From: the human T2T-CHM13v2.0 reference genome, Homo sapiens
NCBI RefSeq assembly: GCF_009914755.1
Contig: NC_060926.1
Length of the DNA stretch: 64,000 nucleotides
Reading direction: 5' to 3' (one strand)
Part shown: in pieces, positions 59,101-64,000 of the stretch
Layout of the letters: each line of letters begins with the position of its first letter
Position numbering within the stretch: the stretch's first letter is position 1
Made by a program: the position numbers and the translations under genes
The notes under the pieces: generated by a model
Databases searched by the model: none
What the model saw: only the letters and a program-made list of their open reading frames with translations
What the model was told of the DNA's origin: nothing

Positions 59101-59262
59101 CCAGGTGACACTAACCTCTCTTCAAAAGCAAAGGATACCACGTAAGCCTTCTGCTGTGTTTATCATTCACTTTCCTTTCCCTCCCTTGTCATTCATTTCC
59201 TTATGTACTCTAGAAGCGTTTTTAGGTCCTCCAATTTTCTGAGATTATCCTCAATTCACTTA

Positions 59263-59651
<389 letters not shown>

Positions 59652-59725
59652 TAGATTTTTATTTGCAGGGTGGTTTTTCTAATTATACTTGGAGCAACTT
59701 TTGTAACAGTCCTTGAATTAGAACA

Positions 59726-61600
59726 ATGAGACTCCTTTTTTCTTTCTTTCATGTTTTTCTCTTTATCTCTCATATAAAAACTTCCCAATCCTCTTGGTTT
59801 GACAATATCATCTTCAGCATCTCACATGCTATTGTGAGAGGAGAAAATACTCTGTGTGGCTGGCTTTGCCGTCCACAACCTGCTACTCCAAGCCATGTAG
59901 ATTCTTCTTCGTAAGCACACCCTGTCTCCAATCAAACTGTACTGTTGGGATTTCATTATTCTTCTCACCACTCCTTCCCACCCCGACCACTTCCTTCTGT
60001 GCTGGTAAATTGGAAACCACCTCCCTCTTCGTGCTATCATATTACTTCCCCCACCATCCACACTTACAATATCACTGAAACTTCCTTAACTTGTAATGTT
60101 ATTTTGGGAGGTACACCTTGTTATAATGACACTCATGCAGCTAACTTTGACTCATTTGAGGCCTTCGCCTCCTACAATCAAAACTCTGACTCTGGCCAGG
60201 TGCGCTGGCTCACACCTGTAATCCTAACACTTTGGGAGGTAGAGGTGGGTGGATCACCTGAGGTCAGGAGTTCGAGACCAGTCTGACCAACATGGTGAAA
60301 CCCTGTCTCTACTAAAAATACAAAAATTAGCAGGGCGTGGTGGCAGGTGCCTGTAATCCCAGCTACTCAGGAGGCTGAGGCAGGAGAATCGCTTGAACCC
60401 AGGAGCAGAGGTTGCAGTGAGCCAAGGTCACACCACTTCACTCCAGCCTGGGCAACTGAGTGAGACTCCATCTCAAAAAAAAAAAAAAAAAAAATCTGAC
60501 TCTATCTCATCACTGCCAATTTATAAGCCGTTAAACTGGACCAGTATAGTGGGGCTCCCAGTATACAGCACCCCTGCACTCCTAATACCTTCATGTATGT
60601 TACTATAATGATGCAACCAGTGCAGGAAATAACCACCGTGCCACCTGGTTTACATCCTATGCCATGCACTGGCACCCGCCTGCTTTTAAACCTCCTCCAT
60701 CAGTACATAAACATAGTCTTTCCCCCATATGAGTCCTCTTAAAACTGTCAAAAGGCCCATTTCCTTTTTTCCCAACATTTTAATTAAAATAATCATCCTG
60801 CCCCTCCTGGGCTCTTATGGCTTAGCAGCCCCGCTAAAAACTATTTAAACCCTTTTCAAGCTTTGGCCCTATCCCACCTTGATCATTCTCTTCACTATGG
60901 TGATTGTAGCCTGGGAACAATAGCTCCCACCCAAATCACTGTCTTAAACATCACTTCTAATTCAGAATTCCCTTCTAGAAGGAAAAGGGCCCTGGGACTT
61001 ACTGTGGCCGGAGTTGTGGGAACTATCACAACTCTTACCCCTTGGGGAGGTTTTACTTACCAGGAAATCACAAGTAAGAGAACCTACCGCCTCCCTTGAA
61101 ATAGCAAAAGCTGGCACCCATCTATCAGCTCTACAAGTCATTAGACTCACAAGCAGGATTTTGGTGTCTGGTAACAGGTGAGTTCTGGATTACCTCCTAG
61201 CTGAACAAGGAGGGGTCTGTGCTGTCATCAACAGGACCCGTTGCACCTACATTTATGTGTCTGGAGAAGTGGAAACCGATGCCCAAGAAATCATCAAACA
61301 AGCCAAATGGCTACACACACTTTCCCAAAGCAACCAAGACTGGGCCAAAACTTTTACTGATTGGTTTTCAAAAAATCACTTGGCTTCCCCCATTCCTTAG
61401 ACCTTTATCTTCTGTCATTTTTCTTTTAATATTTGGTCCCTGCCTTTTTAATGCTCTGATTGCTTTTCTATGTTCTACATGAGAACAATTCCACCTGCAG
61501 AAGGCTATGCATTCCCAACACTGGCCTGCAACTGCAGCTCGATTTACATGGGGCTTCTTGATGGAAATACCGGCCTGCAACTGCAGCTCCCATTTACGTG
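59726..61600 (+). pseudogene. ERV env relic
   Basis: Hydrophobic leader MRLLFSFFHVFLFISH, WLC motif, furin site RRKR (60977-60988), fusion peptide ALGLTVAGVVG, ISD NR*VLDYLLAEQGGVCAVINRTRC, TM WLPPFLRPLSSVIFLLIFGPCLFNAL; disrupted. Confidence 0.88.
60193..60494 (+). mobile_element. Alu (Sx-like) inserted in env
   Basis: Alu consensus with tctgactct on both flanks (TSD). Confidence 0.93.
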
Positions 61601-61865
61601 GGGCTTCTTGATGGAATCCCATCACGTGCCTCCGTGCACAAGTTTTCATGACCCTTTATTCCCTTCATGACTGAGAGCAAGAAAGGGAAAAACGTGACCT
61701 ACCCCCCTGAACTCCCTTTCAGCAGCAAGTAGTCAGGCGCACTGGACACCCCTCTTCACTGTGCCGTTTCCCCTTTCTTGAGACCCCAACAGGAAGCAGG
61801 TGGACATGAGCATGGCAGAAAAGGAAGGGTCAAAGATTTCACCAAGATATTTGTCAGAGGGAAAA

Positions 61866-62088
61866 TGAGGACAGCAAAGATCACCTGGAGACCATCAAGC
61901 AGGCCCCAGGTGGGGTGGGTGGAGGGGAGCCTCTTTATTTGAGAAATGTAGAATGAATTAGACTTCCCTATTATCTAAAGTTGGCACCTGGTTCCAGGCC
62001 TCTTTTCAACCTAAAACTTATACATAACTAGAATTTCTATACATCTCTGGAATGCAGCATGCTGAAACTCACTGTGCAACCCCTGCCT
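61866..62088 (+). mobile_element. Truncated 3' LTR (U3 part only)
   Basis: Homology to the 5' LTR stops after tgtgcaacccctgcc; the AATAAA-containing part is absent. Confidence 0.8.
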
Positions 62089-62133
62089 TGTGTGTGTCTG
62101 TATACCATGCAGGTTTGCTTGCTAAATTGAGCC

Positions 62134-62711
62134 TGTAAACCAAAAAGTACCTCAAACAGGTCTCAATTAATTTAGAAAGTTTTTGTTGCCAAGGCTAAGG
62201 ATGCACCCGTGGTACAGCCTCAGGAGGGAGGACATCCTTGCCAAGCTCAAGGGTGCACCCCTGACCACAAGGGCCCAAGGTGGTCGGGGCACAGCTTGCT
62301 TTTATACATTTTAGGGAGATATGAGGCATCAATCAATACATGGGAGATTTACATTGGTTCCATCTGGAAGGGCGGGACAACTTGAATTGGGGGGCTTCCA
62401 GGTCATAGGTAGATTTAAACATATTTTGATTGGCAACTGACTGAAGAATTATTATCAGCAGAAAGGAGTGTCTGGGTTATGAAATAGGGGTTGCAGGGAG
62501 CAGATGATGCCTTCAGGTAGCGGGATTTAGAGAGAAAATAGATGGTAAATGCTTCCTATCAGACTTAAGGTCTATGTCGATGTTAATGCTGGGGGTTATG
62601 ATGTGGCATGGCCTGAACGTCTTCCGGGTTAAAGTTTAGAGCACCCTGGCGGACAGGGAACCCCATTCAGATGGTTGCTGGGGGGCCTTCGAATTTTATT
62701 TTTGGTTTACA
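62134..62711 (-). mobile_element. MER4A-type solo LTR with 4-bp TSD (AGCC)
   Basis: Ends gaattttatttttggtttaca (reverse complement of the MER4 start); agcc at 62130-62133 and 62712-62715. Confidence 0.8.
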
Positions 62712-62730
62712 AGCCTTCCCATCAGCTGCG

Positions 62731-62939
62731 CCAGGGTCAGCAAACCACAGTCCATGGGCCCAATCTGGCCTGCCACCTGCTTTTTGTAAATAAAGTTTTA
62801 TAGGAACACGCCCACACCTCTGGCAGCTGCTTTGCAAGCACGCAGCAGGGTTGAGTTGTTGCAACATAGACCACAGGGCCTGCCAAGCCTCAATTATCTG
62901 TGCTCCGACCCTTTAAGAAACACTTCTCTCACCCCTGAG

Positions 62940-62940
<1 letters not shown>
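62731..62940 (+). mobile_element. MER58A (hAT-Charlie)
   Basis: cagggtcagcaaacc...tctggcctgccacctgctttttgtaaataaagttttataggaaca...gttgagttgttgcaaca. Confidence 0.8.
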
Positions 62941-63762
<822 letters not shown>

Positions 63763-64000
63763 TAAGGGAGAGGCCCAGGTGGGGATGGCCCTGGATCCAT
63801 CCTTCAAGGCCTCCCTCTGTTTGAAGCTGGCAGCCCCCGTTCCTGGGTGAGCGCTTACCCACCTTGTGGCCCTGTGCGCACGAACCTCCTGCCAGCCCAC
63901 TGCCTCCTCCAGGCTGTGTCGGGCACTCATGAGGCCTGACTCTGATAGGGCTGGGAGCAGCACAGGTGCCCCGATCCCCCCAGTCTCCTTGAGCTGTTTC

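Overview
Human (or very close great-ape) genomic DNA from the 2q37.3 subtelomeric region. It covers the divergent interval between KIF1A and AGXT. KIF1A is on the minus strand: about 15 kb of intron 1, the non-coding exon 1 ending at the donor at 15085/15084, and its CpG-island promoter. AGXT is on the plus strand: promoter, exon 1 (ATG 63265), a 139-nt intron 1 and exon 2. The AGXT exons are the only protein-coding sequence I can support; nearly all ORF-track entries are repeat- or GC-driven noise. The interval is dense in Alu, old L1, DNA-transposon and LTR relics, including a full THE1 element, an LTR10 with an expanded AP-1-type VNTR, and a decayed ~9.6-kb gag-pro-pol-env provirus just upstream of AGXT, plus several minisatellites. 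The most notable unexplained structure is an orphan CpG island at ~27.15-27.75 kb. It has a GC-box tandem repeat, two near-perfect palindromic RFX X-boxes and a splice donor, and is bracketed by a ~190-bp direct duplication. Other leads are an in-frame duplicated splice acceptor in AGXT intron 1, ERV splice donors pointing at AGXT exon 2, and a uORF in KIF1A exon 1. Repeat subfamily names come from recalled consensus sequences and repeat boundaries are approximate.
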